Assembly: GCF_009914755.1 (NCBI RefSeq)
Contig: NC_060937.1
Source of the DNA: the human T2T-CHM13v2.0 reference genome, Homo sapiens
Strand: one strand, 5' to 3'
Length of the DNA stretch: 64,000 bases
Shown: positions 14,601 to 28,516 of the stretch, in pieces
Layout: every line of letters starts with the position of its first letter
Numbering within the stretch: the stretch's first letter is position 1
Program-made: the position numbers and the translations under genes
Notes under the pieces: generated by a model
Told to the model about the DNA's origin: nothing
Databases searched by the model: none
Seen by the model: the letters and a program-made list of their open reading frames with translations, nothing else

Positions 14601-15239
14601 AGACGCTCCTTATTAGGCCCCAGTCTCATTCGAGACACCAGACCAACTTAGACTGTGCCCCAGAAAACCTGTCATCCCTACTATCTTCTGTCTACTCATA
14701 CTCCTATTCACCGTTCTCAACTACTCATACATGCCCTGCTCTTGTTTACACTGCCCATTTACACTGTTTTTCCAAGCCATCACAGCTGATATCTCCTGGT
14801 GCTGTCCCCAAACTGCCACTCTTAACTCTTGAAGTAAATAAATAATCTTTGCTGGCAGGACTATGCTGAATCTCCTTAGGCGCTCTCTAATCAGATATCC
14901 TGAGTCGTCCCAATTCTTAGACCTTTTATACCTGTTTTTCTCCTTCTGTTATTCCATTTAGTTTCTCAATTCATCCAAAACCGTATCTAGGCCATCACCA
15001 ATCATTCTACACAACAAATGTTTCTTCTAACAACCCCACAATATCACCCCTTACCACAAGACCTCCCTTCAGCTTAATCTCTCCCACTCTAGGTTCCCAC
15101 GCCGCCCCTAATCCCGCTTGAAGCAGCCCTGAGAAACATCGCCCATTCTCTCTCCATATCACCCCCCAAAAATTTTTGCTGCCCCAACACTTCAACACTA
15201 TTTTGTTTTATTTTTCTTATTAATATAAGAAGTCAGGAA

Positions 15240-15692
15240 TGTCAGGCCTCTGAGCCCAAGCCAAGCCATCGCGTCCCCTGTGACTTGCACATATACGCCC
15301 AGATGGCCTGAAGTAACTGAAGAATCACAAAAGAAGTGAATATGCCCTGCCCCACCTTAACTGATGACATTCCACCACAAAAGAAGTGTAAATGGCCGGT
15401 CCTTGCCTTAAGTGATGACATTACCTTGTGAAAGTCCTTTTCCTAGCTCATCCTGGCTCAAAAAGCACCCCCACTGAGCACCTTGCGACCCCCACTCCTG
15501 CCCGCCAGAGAACAAACCCCCTTGGACTGTAATTTTCCTTTACCTACCCAAATCCTATAAAATGGCCCCACCCTTATCTCCCTTTGCTGATTCTCTTTTC
15601 GGACTCAGCCCACCTGCACCCAGGTGAAATAAACAGCCATGTTGCTCACACAAAGCCCGTTTGGTGGTCTCTTCACACGGACGTGCATGAAA
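15240..15692 (+). mobile_element. 3' LTR7
   Basis: 453 bp; about 18 substitutions and 2 small indels versus the 5' LTR by hand count; AATAAA at 15628-15633. Confidence 0.96.
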
Positions 15693-15839
15693 CTCAGCAC
15701 TTTGGAAGGCCAAATTGGGCGGATCACCTGAGGTCAGAAGCTCGAGACCAGCCTGGCCAATATGGTGAAACTTTGTGTTTACTAAAAATACAAAAATTAG
15801 CTGGGTGTGGTGGTGTGCACCTGTAGTCCCAGCTACTCA

Positions 15840-16013
<174 letters not shown>

Positions 16014-17535
16014 CTAGCTGAACCCTAAGATTATATAGAACCCAACTTTTCTGGTAAGTTTTAATAATTTTTATCATGAGAAATATGAGTTTAAAACACT
16101 GATCACTGATCTTTTTATTTTCAGCTTTTGATAGTCTTTATTTCTGGCTAAGAGAGGGGGAAAATTGGCAGAAAATTGGCTAGCACATGGCTACTACTGA
16201 ATTTCCAATCATATGACATGTATCTTATGTTTGACGTAGTCCTCTAAAAACCTAGAAATGATTTGTCTTAGCACTTAACCACCCTATACCCATCAAAGTA
16301 TAAATTGAATATATGATTGCTCTTTGATGTTTTGTTCATTCTATATAATTTATGCCAGAATAAAGGTCTTTGTGGATCTGACAGCTGGAAGACTGTACTA
16401 GGCCAATGGAGTCCCAGAAATAATCTACTGAAGAATAGGAGGACTTGTTTGTCTATTCTTTAACAGACTGAATTAACCAAAATGGAAAAGTTTTTGCTAG
16501 GGCCTAGAAGCACAAAATGGTAGCAAAAAATGCATAATCTTGGAGAAATCTTAGGGAGGCATCATAGTTGCCTCCGTTCTGCTCACTCTCAACCTTAGGA
16601 TGATATGTTGGAATAGGTAGGCAGAAAGTGATCATTCCGTCTCACTCCATGTCAACTGTTTGCCTAGCATTCCAGAGTCCATCTGTAAATTAAATTGGGA
16701 AAGACTAGGGAGTTGAGAGGGGACATTCAAATACCCTTGATGATGTTTTGCTATCTCACAACCACTAAAGTGTTTCAGAATGGTTGAAGGTAGATTGCTC
16801 CAAAGGTGGGCTCCATCAGTTTATTGTCAGCAACCCTCTACCTCCTTCCAAATTAGCTTACTAGGCTCTACTCGATTGATACTGCATAGCCGCTGCCTTC
16901 TTAAAGTGTTAAGTCTAGGTTTCTCAAGCCTATACAGGTAAACTTTCAGCATGGTTGTTTTACTTTTTTTACCTTTTACATTAGGAGAACCTCAGACTAG
17001 CTTTTAGTGATCTTTACTTATTCTTTGACAGTGGACAGGCACCAATTATGGGCTAAGATGAATGAGCTCAATTTATATCCCTGGTTACTCATTTTGTACA
17101 TAGACTGAATCAGTCAGGTAACAATAGTCTCTTGATAGATCAGATAATTTTCCCTGGAGTAAATCTTTATTAATTTTCTGCCCCCCTTTGTTTTACTTGT
17201 ACCATAAACATTTGACGAACTACTCGTTCTACCTATTAAAAAGCTCATAAAGAGACATATACGCTGATAGGCAGTTAAATAGTTTACAGTTACCAACTAT
17301 GAGGACATTACTAGAACCCCAGCCCTGAAGGTATAGAATAAAAAGGAAAAGAGGTACTGGCACGAAGAAACTGAGGTCTTAAGTAATAAAGAAGTCCTCT
17401 GAGTGTTACCAGAACACAGTTTTTGCTTGTTTTAAAATTATGCACTGCTGAAAGTTCTTTTGAAATCTACAAAGAGACCTCTTCCCAGGATTAACTGGCT
17501 GTACTGCTTCCGGTAGCACCATGGTGTGCTATCTA

Positions 17536-17603
17536 TAGTACCTAGGAGGCCTGAGATTTAGTGGCAGCTGATGAAAAAATTTCTGAAGATGACCACAAAC
17601 AGT
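17536..17603 (+). repeat. Direct repeat copy 2 (68 bp) of 8134-8196
   Basis: Same alignment as copy 1. Confidence 0.92.
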
Positions 17604-18162
17604 GCCTGCTATTCTGAATGTTAATCTTTCCACAAGATCTTGACATTCTTCCCAGAGGGAAGTGGGGTCTATGTCACATTCCTTGCATCTGGGCTGGCTT
17701 GTTGTTTGCTTTTAACAACAAATTTCCAAATGATGTTGGAAATTTCCAAGAGTATGTCAGAAATGGTAATGCAGCTTCTGTCTGTTTGCTGGATGATTCA
17801 CATTTGAAGCCCCAAGTCACTATGTAGAAGCCAGACTAGCCTAAGGCCACCATGCTAGGTGGAAGTCCAGCCACAAGAGGCCATGTGTAGGCACTCTATT
17901 TGGCAGTCCTAGACTTTGACCTCTCCCAGCCTAGATGCCAGAGGTGTCAGTAATGATTCCAGTCTTCAGCTTATTGTCAAGTCACTAGCTAGCCTTTGAG
18001 TCTTCCCAGATGAAGCCCTTAGATACCATGAAAGAGATATAAGCCACTCCTGCTGTGACCTTTCCAAATACCTGGCCCACTGAATTCCACAGAAACAAAT
18101 GTTTGTTGTTTTGTGCCTTTGGGTTTGGGGCAGTTTGTTACATAGCAGTAGTAAATGGAACA
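17560..18162 (+). mobile_element. MaLR LTR, MLT1 (G/H-like)
   Basis: GTGGGGTCTATGTC...ATCTGGGCTGGC near the start and TTTGGGGCAGTTTGTTACATAGCAGTAG near the end resemble MLT1. Confidence 0.65.
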
Positions 18163-18177
18163 AACTTGTAACAGTAT

Positions 18178-18629
18178 TTTCACTTGCGTGCATGTGAAGA
18201 GACCACCAAACAGGCTTTGTGTGAGCAACAAGGCTGTTTATTTCACCTGGGTGCAAGCGGGCTGAGACCGAAAAGAGAGTCAGCGAAGGGAGATAAGGGT
18301 GGGGCCGTTTTATAGGATTTGGGTAGATAAAGGAAAATTACAGTCAAAGGGGATTTGTTCTCTGGCAGGCAGGAGTGGGGGTCGCAAGGTGCTCAGTGGG
18401 GGAGCTTTTTGAGCCAGGATGAGCCAGGAAAAGGACTTTCACAAGGTAATGTCATCACTTAAGGCAAGGACCAGCCATTTTCACTTCTTTTGTGGTGGAA
18501 TGTCATCAGTTAAGGCAGAGGAGGGCATTTTCACTTCTTTTGTGATTCTTCAGTTACTTCAGGCCATCTGGGCATATACGTCAAGTCACCGCGGATGTGA
18601 TGGCTTGGCTTGGGCTCAGAGGCCTGACA
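18178..18629 (-). mobile_element. Solo LTR7, sense to SPART
   Basis: Reverse complement of LTR7; perfect TSD AGTAT (18173-18177 / 18630-18634); TATAAAA 18308-18314 and AATAAA 18237-18242 on the minus strand. Confidence 0.96.
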
Positions 18630-19369
18630 AGTATAAATTCCAAAAACTTGGGAAAACGACCTTTGAATTTAGTGTGTTGGGGTAACAAGCAAGTTTTCTG
18701 AATGATGGCCTCCTAATAATAATGCTTAGCAGCCTATAAAGTTGGGGGGTAGGGTAGTAAAAGTGAAAAGGTTTTTCATTGCAGTTTCTTTGTAAATCTC
18801 TTTCAAGTCAATTTTAACTATCGCAACTACATTTTAAAATTTGGCTCTATCTTTTTTTCTTGTCTCAAGCATAGTTCTTTGGCACTAGGAAAAGTATTTT
18901 ATTAGTTCCTAGCAAGCTAATTATTTTAGCTTGTTGGTTTTTTATGTTGAAGATTTCCTCTGCTTTAGACATCTTTTAAAATGGATTTTAGTGGACATGG
19001 AAATCTGAATTGACAGTCGTTTAAATGAGTCAAGACCCATTTAATGGGGTTATGAATTTGACACACTGAATGGTGACTGGCAATATTTTTTAAAAAACAA
19101 AATAAAAGGTATAAATCAGAGAGTTACTACAGCTAAAAAGCTATGTGAAATGTTAACCAATTAAAGTAGAAAGATGTGTCACTAATGATCATTCTGGCTT
19201 CAGAATAATTGATCTGAAGCCCTTTATAACCATAATTAAACAGCAGAGACTACTTCTCAAAGAGCTTGGCTATAACCCTCAGATGTTCTCATGTCTGCAT
19301 TGCTGTATAGTTTATACAGTGCTGCTTTGCTTCCAAAGATGGATGAACATGGTCTCATTTTTTGGGTGG

Positions 19370-19731
19370 GTATCTGAGTCCATTTGTGCTGCTATAACAA
19401 AATATCATAAACTAGTAGCTTATTAACAACAAAAATTTATTTCTCACAATTCTAGAGGCTGGGAAGTACAAGACTAAGGTGCTGGTACATTTGGTCTCTG
19501 GTGAGGGGCCCACTTCCTGGTTCATAGAATGACACCTTCTTACTGCTTCCTCACATAGTGAAAGGGACAAGGCAGCTCTTTGGGATCTCTTTTATAAGGG
19601 ACTAATCCCATTGATGAGGGCTCCTCCCTCATGACCTAATCACCTTCCAAAGGCCCCACCTCCTAAAACCATCACCTCAGGGGTTAGGATTTCAATATAT
19701 GAATTTTGAAGGGACACATTCAGACCACAGC
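19370..19731 (-). mobile_element. MaLR LTR, MLT1A0-like
   Basis: GCTGCTATAACAAAATA...TTTATTTCTCACA...ACTAATCCCATT...GGTTAGGATTTCAA pattern. Confidence 0.85.
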
Positions 19732-20073
19732 TGAGGGACAGGGGTAGGGGGAGGTTAAGAGGGAGCTTCAAAGGGGAAACGAACATAACTAATTTTAGAT
19801 TCAGAACTATTAAGAATTTGAAGATTCCTGAAGCTTTTCACTATCCATTTTCCCAATAGTAAAACAGAATAATAGGCCAGGAAGAATTTATACTTATATG
19901 ACAATATCTGATGTTTCAAAAGACTAGTTCCTTCTACATTTATTTCTAAATTGATCATTTAAAACCAAAATACAAAATATTATCTTTCTCAGTATTCCCT
20001 AATAAACAATATCTTTATTTGGTTCCAAAGGCTTAATGTCATACAGGGAAAAAAATTAACATTACTGTAATAC

Positions 20074-20197
20074 CTGACAAAATGTTGTGAGCCACTTTTT
20101 CACTCCATTCAGGTAATTCTTTTGGCTTTTCTTCTGGAACTGGCTCACATGGTACAATGTGACTCAGGTTAACTTCTTCACTTGAAGTATCTTTAGC
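20074..20197 (-). CDS. SPART: Spartin coding exon 5 (124 nt; AKDTSSEEVNLSHIVPCEPVPEEKPKELPEWSEKVAHNILS)
   Basis: TTTAG|GCT acceptor and CAG|GTATTA donor; ends in phase 1, matching exon 6. Confidence 0.96.
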
Positions 20198-21188
20198 CTA
20201 AACAGTAAAAATGTTTCAAAATGTGAAGAGTTAGTACTAAGAGGGGGAAAACTGTAAGCATTATATAACAAATATGAAGCCAACAAATACTAGATAAAAT
20301 TAATGAAAAATATCTCCAGCCAACCTAGTTACCAGTATGGTCTTATAAAGTACAATACCAGAACTGCCATGAAGTTGAAAACTGTTCTGGTCCATATAAA
20401 TCTTGACTGGTAAGATTTAAATACCAATATAAGTCCAATATGGCATTTAACAAATCATTTAAATTGACTTTTTTCTTTTCTGGACTAGACTGATTTCCTT
20501 CAAACAGATATCATCCCTAGATATTAGTGTGCACATGGTACTCAGTAAGATTAAAAGATTTTTGTTAAATGACTCAATCAGTAAGCAAAGATGAATTCAT
20601 AAACTGGTTTTGACAGAGATCAAACAAATGTCTAATTTGAAACAAGAAGGAATATATAAACACAGAATAATCTGCTATTCCATTTAAGAGGAAATGGAGA
20701 ACATATATCTATACTTTGCTAACTGAACAGCTGTGATGAGAGCCTGGGCCAACACCCAAACTCTTAAAGCTAAATGAACTCATTCTAAGAAATAAGATGC
20801 AGGCTAACTCAGACCTCATAGTATTAATATAATAAAATAACTTGAAAATCAAAGTGGCCAGTAACACAAAGAATGTCACATAAAATATAAAAACAACATT
20901 AAACAAAACAACTTCTACATGGGATAAAAGTCACCCATAAGTAAAATCTAAAGCTTTTCACTGCATATACTTTTTAATATCATTTGATTTTTTTAGAACA
21001 AGAAATTAAATTTTAAAACACAAAGTTCTAAATGATATGGAAGAATTTCCAAATATACTGTTAAGTAAAAAAGCAAGGAACAAAACATTATGTTTTACAT
21101 GCCACCATTTATGTTAAATATTATATATGTCTCTGTGTGTGTGTATTTAACTACGCATAAAATATATCTAGAAGGACAACAGAAGTTA

Positions 21189-21634
<446 letters not shown>

Positions 21635-22451
21635 TTAAGTAAAATATATATCTTGGAACCATTTTGGACTTCCAGTATCCTCATATAGCTGGTCTAAGAT
21701 GTTCAACATAAACCACAGTGACACTTTGCAAATAAATGTAGAATATTCACGTGATATTCATCAATTCCAAAGATAATTATTGAGCATTTACCATGTGGAA
21801 TATAGCAATGAACAATACTAAACTGCCTATGATACTCAAGACAATGCTGTTTTATTCATATACTTGCTTATATTACCACTTCTGCCTAGAATCCCCTTAA
21901 ATTTGCTATTCATAAGGCCAACTCTTCTTTATCCTTCAAGACTCATTTTAGTTATAATGTCCTGTAGGAGGGGGCTCCTCACTGCTTCCCATACCACTCA
22001 TCCACCCACACTTATCTGTTAGGCTAGGCTGCATCTTCTATCTAATAGCCACATTGGATAGAAATGATCTCTTTGCTAATCTGTTCTTTCCATTAGACAG
22101 TAAATTCATTGAGACAAGAAATTTAAACTTTTTCCACTATGTAGACCTAACATTCTAGCTCTCAATAAATATTTCCTGAACTCTAATCCAAATTTACCAG
22201 TTAGAATATATTACATACTCAGAGCCTATGAAATGAAAGAAGAAACCACTCAGTATATTTTTTTAAATCAAATCTCTGTCCTGTTGCCCATCCATAAAAA
22301 AACAGGAAACTGAATAAAAATGGCAGTGTAAGAAAAAAAAAGACAGTAGCATATCTAGCCCCCAAGCTCTTAGTGAATATAGGAAGGCAGAGAATAACAC
22401 AAAACAAATAAGAAAGTATGTGCATCACTAATGCAAATATAAAAATATCTT

Positions 22452-22612
22452 GGCCAGGTATGGTGGCTCATGTCTGTAATGCTGGCTACTCGTGGAGCGT
22501 GAGGCAGGAGGATCACATGAGCCTGGGAGGTCAAGGCTGCAGTGAGCCATGTTTGCACCACTGCACTCCAGCCTGGGTGACAAGGCAGGATCCTGTCTCA
22601 AAAAAAATAAAA
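22452..22612 (+). mobile_element. Alu monomer (FRAM-like)
   Basis: Single right-arm-type unit with A tail. Confidence 0.85.
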
Positions 22613-22860
22613 TCTCTCAAACAGTTGGGAAAAAAATCTATCCCCCAAACACAGAGTATCTTTTAAAATAGTTTAAGTAACACACACTTTAAAAGGGAAA
22701 TACTACAACTGATTCTAATTGTTTTTGCCAGTGATCACTTTGTTGACTGATGCACAAGTTGCTTTGCTTTAGTATATGGGAATATGATCATATAAATACA
22801 TGAAACTGGAGAAAGGTACCATTAGAAGACAACACACACACTTATTACTCTTTTATTTAC

Positions 22861-23016
22861 CCTTTTTCCACGTTTTCCTTTATGACGTACATCCTTATTG
22901 CCTTGGTCCAACTGTTTCACATCAGTGCCAGAGGCTTCTTTTAGTTGGTCAGAGGAGGGTCTAGTTCTTCCAGGGATTTGGAATTCATTTTCTTCTTCTG
23001 CTCTGTTCCAGTTGGC
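22861..23016 (-). CDS. SPART: Spartin coding exon 4 (156 nt; ANWNRAEEENEFQIPGRTRPSSDQLKEASGTDVKQLDQGNKDVRHKGKRGKR)
   Basis: CTCTAG|GCC acceptor and AGG|GTAAAT donor; open and in frame. Too short for the ORF track; translated by hand. Confidence 0.96.
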
Positions 23017-23926
23017 CTAGAGAATAAAGGTTTAAGCTTAACTCTAATCAGAATTTTTCTTAGATGGCTTTCTGCCAGCTATATTACACCATGCTCAAAT
23101 GACATACTTGTTTGAATGTCAGTTTGGCAGTCTATCAGTAACAACTACTTTTGCTTTTTTCTCTACGATTCTCTTTTGTTTCATCACCAAACCCCAAACC
23201 TCTGAGTTCTTTGGTTCATAGCATATGCCTAAGTAAGTTTCAAAAGACAACGTGTAAAAGACAACTTATAGCAGTTGTTGGTATAAGTTATCTTTGAATC
23301 AGATGCAGCTACATTTAAATTTAATTAATGAATAAATTTTAGTTAACATGTACAAGAGAAAGTGAATTTAAAGGCAATTAACAAAACTCATGTCCATTTC
23401 ATTATGCATTATTGGAAGGTTTATTTTTTAATTTTCTGCACAATATACACTTTGCTGAATGAATGCTTAAGAGTAAAAACCAGTCAAAATTATAGCTAGT
23501 AACTAGCTTATGTTTACAGTTGAAGTTCTGGGACAGTAAAGCAAGCTAAAAATAACATACAAATACCAAAAAATTAAATTGAAGACAGAAAATAAACATA
23601 CAACCTAAAAGTCTGCTTAGTTTCTTTCCTAAAGCCCAGTAATACAGGTCCAGTTAACGTAGGGGTGAAGGGAGAAATAGTTCCACATTAGGTCTGTGAA
23701 TACTTAAGAGCATCATTTCACTCAGTAAACAGTGAAGTGAAGATGAACTCCTTCATTTGACCATATTCCTGCCTTTGTGAATTCCTCCTCACAAGTACAA
23801 TGAGGCTACACACTTCTGTATGCTGATCATGTATTTTGTTAAATAATTGCTGCTATGCTAAAGTATTGGTTTGTTGACCACCAGGTAGGTCATTCTCGGG
23901 TGAACAGGGGCTGATTTTATATTTTC

Positions 23927-23949
23927 ATACACACACACACACACACACA
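23927..23949 (+). repeat. (CA)n microsatellite
   Basis: Direct reading. Confidence 0.9.
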
Positions 23950-24499
23950 TCCCCCACACCTTCGTGGTCTCCTGTTCTCATACTTTGCCCATCCCATCAC
24001 TTAACAGAGTAACTGGTTAAATAATGAATTCCAAGTATCTGCTGATTGAAGGAGAGAATAAAAGATTATACTATTATAATGCCCACCTCATTCAACCCCT
24101 GATGACTGTCAATATTCATAATCAAAAATACTTTTTCCCTCTTGCTACAACAATATATAAAGAAAGTCTCTCCATAATACTCTATTCAAGTTCCCTGTTA
24201 AACAGAAATACTCTATTTCTACAGGTACGCATGTGGGCAGAGGAAACATGCCAAATAAGGAAAGTTCCAGGATGATCATATTTTAAATCATATTTTCTTT
24301 TTATTTTTTTATTTGGCCTTCATTTACCACAAGAACAAAGATAATTATCTCAACCAAAGCCTGTTTCTTCCTCAGAATGCCAACCATACCCCTTAAAATG
24401 TCCAACATAACCTATCTACTAAAGCTAAAATTATCTTCATGTCACCATTTAGACCCATTAGTACACTTTTCCAGCTGAGCAATAAAACAGTGGTGAAAA

Positions 24500-24735
24500 C
24501 AATAGCTAACATTCACAGAGCATAACTACTCGTTCTGATATAAGTGCTTAATGTATTAATTTTTAATTTTCACCACAGCCCAATGAAGTGGACACTGTTA
24601 TTATCCCCATTTTATAAGTAAATTAAAGTATAGAGAAGATCAGGAACAGCTGAGCTAAACGGTCATTAAGTGGAAGAGTTTGAATTCATATACAGGCAAT
24701 TTGACTCTAGAGCTCACAATCTTAACCACTATTAC
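24500..24735 (-). mobile_element. MIR fragment
   Basis: TTATTATCCCCATTTTATA...GACTCTAGAGCTCACAATCTTAACCACTA. Confidence 0.7.
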
Positions 24736-24893
24736 AGCAAATTCCAAGCATGTAGTTGTGAACACACAAACAAATGGTGAACTGTCAGTCTCCTAACCTT
24801 GATTACAGTAGAGGTTATTACAATTTCTCTAAAAGCTGAAGTGCTTATGTTAAAGTAGATTTTTTTCACCCTAAAGATGATCACACAAGTTAC

Positions 24894-25091
24894 CTGGAGC
24901 CGAAGGTCAGACATTTGCCTTAACAGATCCTCAAAGAGCTCTCTATCATCCTCTGGTAACTCAGAGGACAGGACGACCCCCACAAAGCATCCTGCTGCTT
25001 GTAGCATTGTATCAGGAAACATGTAGGCTCCCGCAGTACATTTCAGAACCGGAGATCTATCAGGAACTAGAGGATATAACCAGTCACAAAC
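24894..25091 (-). CDS. SPART: Spartin coding exon 3 (198 nt; VCDWLYPLVPDRSPVLKCTAGAYMFPD...SDLRLQ)
   Basis: TTTCAG|GTTTGT acceptor and CAG|GTAACT donor; overlaps ORF 24732..25022; frame continuous with exon 2. Confidence 0.97.
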
Positions 25092-25704
25092 CTGAAAGGA
25101 TTCATTAGAAGAAAAAAAATATACATATAAATAAATGAAACTAGATTTTCATTTATGTTTTAATAAAATTGTTATACTAGAAAATAAACACTTCAAAGTT
25201 GGAAACATATTTTAAAAGGCTTTAAGAAACATCAACATCAACAAATCCCCAAGAAAATTAATCATTTGCTAGTCTGATCTTTCTGCAATAAGGACTGTGC
25301 TAAATGTGCCATGGCTCCACTAATTATACAATCTTAAAGCTGATGGCCTTAACTAGCCTAGTGTTAACCAATAATGACTCCAGCTTTAAATAAATAATAA
25401 TCAAAGTAAATTAAGGTTTTCGTTATTGAAATCAGATATTCCTTTTGTGGTAAATAAACTATTTTCAGATATTATTTACTTGAAATATTTACTGAAATAA
25501 TAGTATTTACTGATTTAATCCTCCTAACAATCCTATGAAATCAGTTACTATTATTGTCATTTTATGTACAAGAAAATTGAGGCACAGAGAGGTCAATTAA
25601 GTCGCCCAGAACCAACAACTAAAAAGTGGAGCTTGGATTTTAACACATATAGTCTGGACCAGAGAAGCTGAACAAGTATTTTAATTAGAAACCCAGCACT
25701 CACA

Positions 25705-26039
<335 letters not shown>

Positions 26040-27891
26040 TCACAACATGGAATAATTTTTTGTACTAAACCCAAGAGAACCTGACATAACAGAATAGATT
26101 AAGTTAATGTTTATGGATTATCTATCTATTGTGAAATTAAAAGCAAAATAACAAAAGCTCTCCTGCAATGTCATCTGCGGAGGTCGGCTTGCCAGTACAT
26201 ACACAGACATAAGCTCACATCCTGGCTGCCTAATTTATTTCTAATGCAATACATTCTTTGAGAAACCAAAATATAACTGTGCTCAACATCAAAACAGTCT
26301 TACCCACAAACTTTTAACATTTGAGTAGTTATTTATTTTAATATGTATGAGAAAAATACATATTTCCCTTAATTTCAGTTATTATTAAGATAAAACTGAC
26401 AAGTGGGACAATTTAGTAAAAATATAAAGCAAGTAATAGCAGCGGTATAGAGTTGACAAAAAAATTGTAAAAGTTATTCTAAAATAAAACTTAGGAAAGG
26501 TTTTTCTTTTTTTTTTCTTTTTTTTAAACTATTCCATGGTTTCTTTCAGATTATCTATATCCTGGTCACCTTAATTGAACTGCAATATCACCAAATTGTC
26601 TTTAAAAAAACCAACACTTTATAGACCTTTCCTAGGACAGGATATTACAGATAAGTGAGTCATCCACCATAGGCTGATTTTTCCCAGTTTCATTTTCAGA
26701 GGGCAATCTCATGTCCAATTTCTGTAATTATAGATTTAACAGGTTTAAAAAGTATTTGGTATTAAAACTAAAACCAAAAGAAAAATCTTTTTTTGAAGTT
26801 CCAGAATTCTATCTACCTAAAACCAAAAAAACTTAATTTCCTATTTAGACCAATAGTGATTTTAACAGTGATTTTTAGCACAGGAAATATCTAACTTCTA
26901 GTATTTAGTTGGATTATTATTGTATTTTTTTTTTTTTTTTTGGATAAAAACATTCAGTAAACACATATGTTAACTCCTTTTAAGGACACTCTGCTACAAA
27001 TACCTGAATACAAGCAAATGAGAACCTCTTAAAGAGACTCAAATTAAATTTTGGGTGCAATTTTACTTTTCGTTTAGGACAAAAAATACACATGAGAAAG
27101 ATTAAAAACAAAATTAAATGCACTAAGGACAAATTTGTATTAAAGTACAAGTCATTTCAATGGATGAGTGAATGTAACCACGGTACAGTATTTCTGCCAT
27201 TCACTACCCCATCTCCAGTTGCTAAGGACCCAAAGATTTTTTATTCCATCATTACAGTGCAACACTATTAGTAGAAACTGTTATAGCTTTTATCACCCGC
27301 CACTACAAACCCCAATCAATAAGCCTACTCTTTGTAACCTTAAGGCTCCTTCCTTAAAATAATCTACAGGATTCACAATATTCTTTCTGTCCAGTATCAA
27401 ATATTTCCTTTCAATAATGCCCTCAAAGTATCTCCCTCACACATCCCTAGCAAGCCTCGAATTGTCTTTAAACAACTTTCAAGTTGACTTCATATAAAAA
27501 CTACATAAGAATCAACAGGAGAGAATACCAAAAGAGAAAATGAATAGAGATAAGCTGTGCTATTACTAAACCACATTATTTGGACTGTGGACAAAACATC
27601 TGTTTTGCTTAAATAGTGATCTTTCTTCAATGCAAACTCCTTTGTTATATTCAACGTATACTGAGTCCTCATTTCAAGAACTCATCTTCCTATACCTACA
27701 TCCAATCTTTTAAAACGAGACTGTCACTGGACCACTCTCTTCAGAGTACCTCACTAAATCCACAGCAATGCCCTGACATCAATCTTTATGTAGCACTCTT
27801 TACTCTTAGACCAAGTGCATTCTGGTAAATTTCTCTGCTTGGACTGTTGGAATTACATCTTAAATTATCACCACAGTCTCGACTTCTAAAC

Positions 27892-28103
27892 CAAGGTCTC
27901 TCAACCTTGGCATAGTTGAGATTTTGGGCAGGATAATTTTTTTTTGTTCATGAGGGCTGTCCTGTGAAAATGTGTGGCAGCATCCGTGGCCTCTATCCAC
28001 TATGCCAGTAGCAATCAACTTCCAGTATGACAACCAAAAATGCCTCCAGACATTGTCAAATGTTCTCTGGGGAGGCAAAACTACCCTGGGTTGAGAACAA
28101 CTG
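27892..28103. mobile_element. MER20 (hAT-Charlie)
   Basis: TCTCAACCTTGGC...GACAACCAAAAATGCCTCCAGACATTGTCAAATGT...GTTGAGAAC. Confidence 0.85.
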
Positions 28104-28516
28104 TTCTGGACCATGGGCTCGGTCTCTCCCAGTTCAGACCCTCAGCTGAGTCTTGACAACATTTGTGAATATTTACAGCTATACATCCACAGGAATTACA
28201 TAAATCCCTTTCGAAATTAAACTTATTAGATTTCTTCTTCAGATAAAGAATTAAAAATGTAAGGATGACCACTCTTCTCAAGTTTTATCATCACAAACTT
28301 AATACCAAAATAAAACTATTAATATATCTTTTTTAAAAAAAGAAAAAGACAAACACAAACATGTTCAAGGCTCATAATTTCATGGAATATATTTAAAAAC
28401 AAAGTAGAATTTGTCGTTATCTTTTTGCACTTATACTGGACACATAAACATTAACAAATAAAAATGATGTAGTCTACACGTATTTCAAATTATGCTTTCA
28501 TTTTTCTTTCGCTTAC

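Larger units (their letters stand above)
9823..15692 (+). mobile_element. HERV-H provirus (LTR7-int-LTR7), env-deleted, non-coding, antisense to SPART in intron 5
   Basis: Paired LTRs TGTCAGGCC...CATGAAA; tRNA-His PBS; gag zinc knuckle CYTCRKSGHWAKEC; protease and RT remnants; purine tract before the 3' LTR; 5-bp TSD CACAG/CTCAG. Confidence 0.97.

Noticed and set aside
28490-28516. ORF-track extensions past SPART exon ends (e.g. VSERKMKA; also the tails of ORFs 24732, 7693 and 5749)
   Set aside because: Read-through into introns beyond canonical GT donors.
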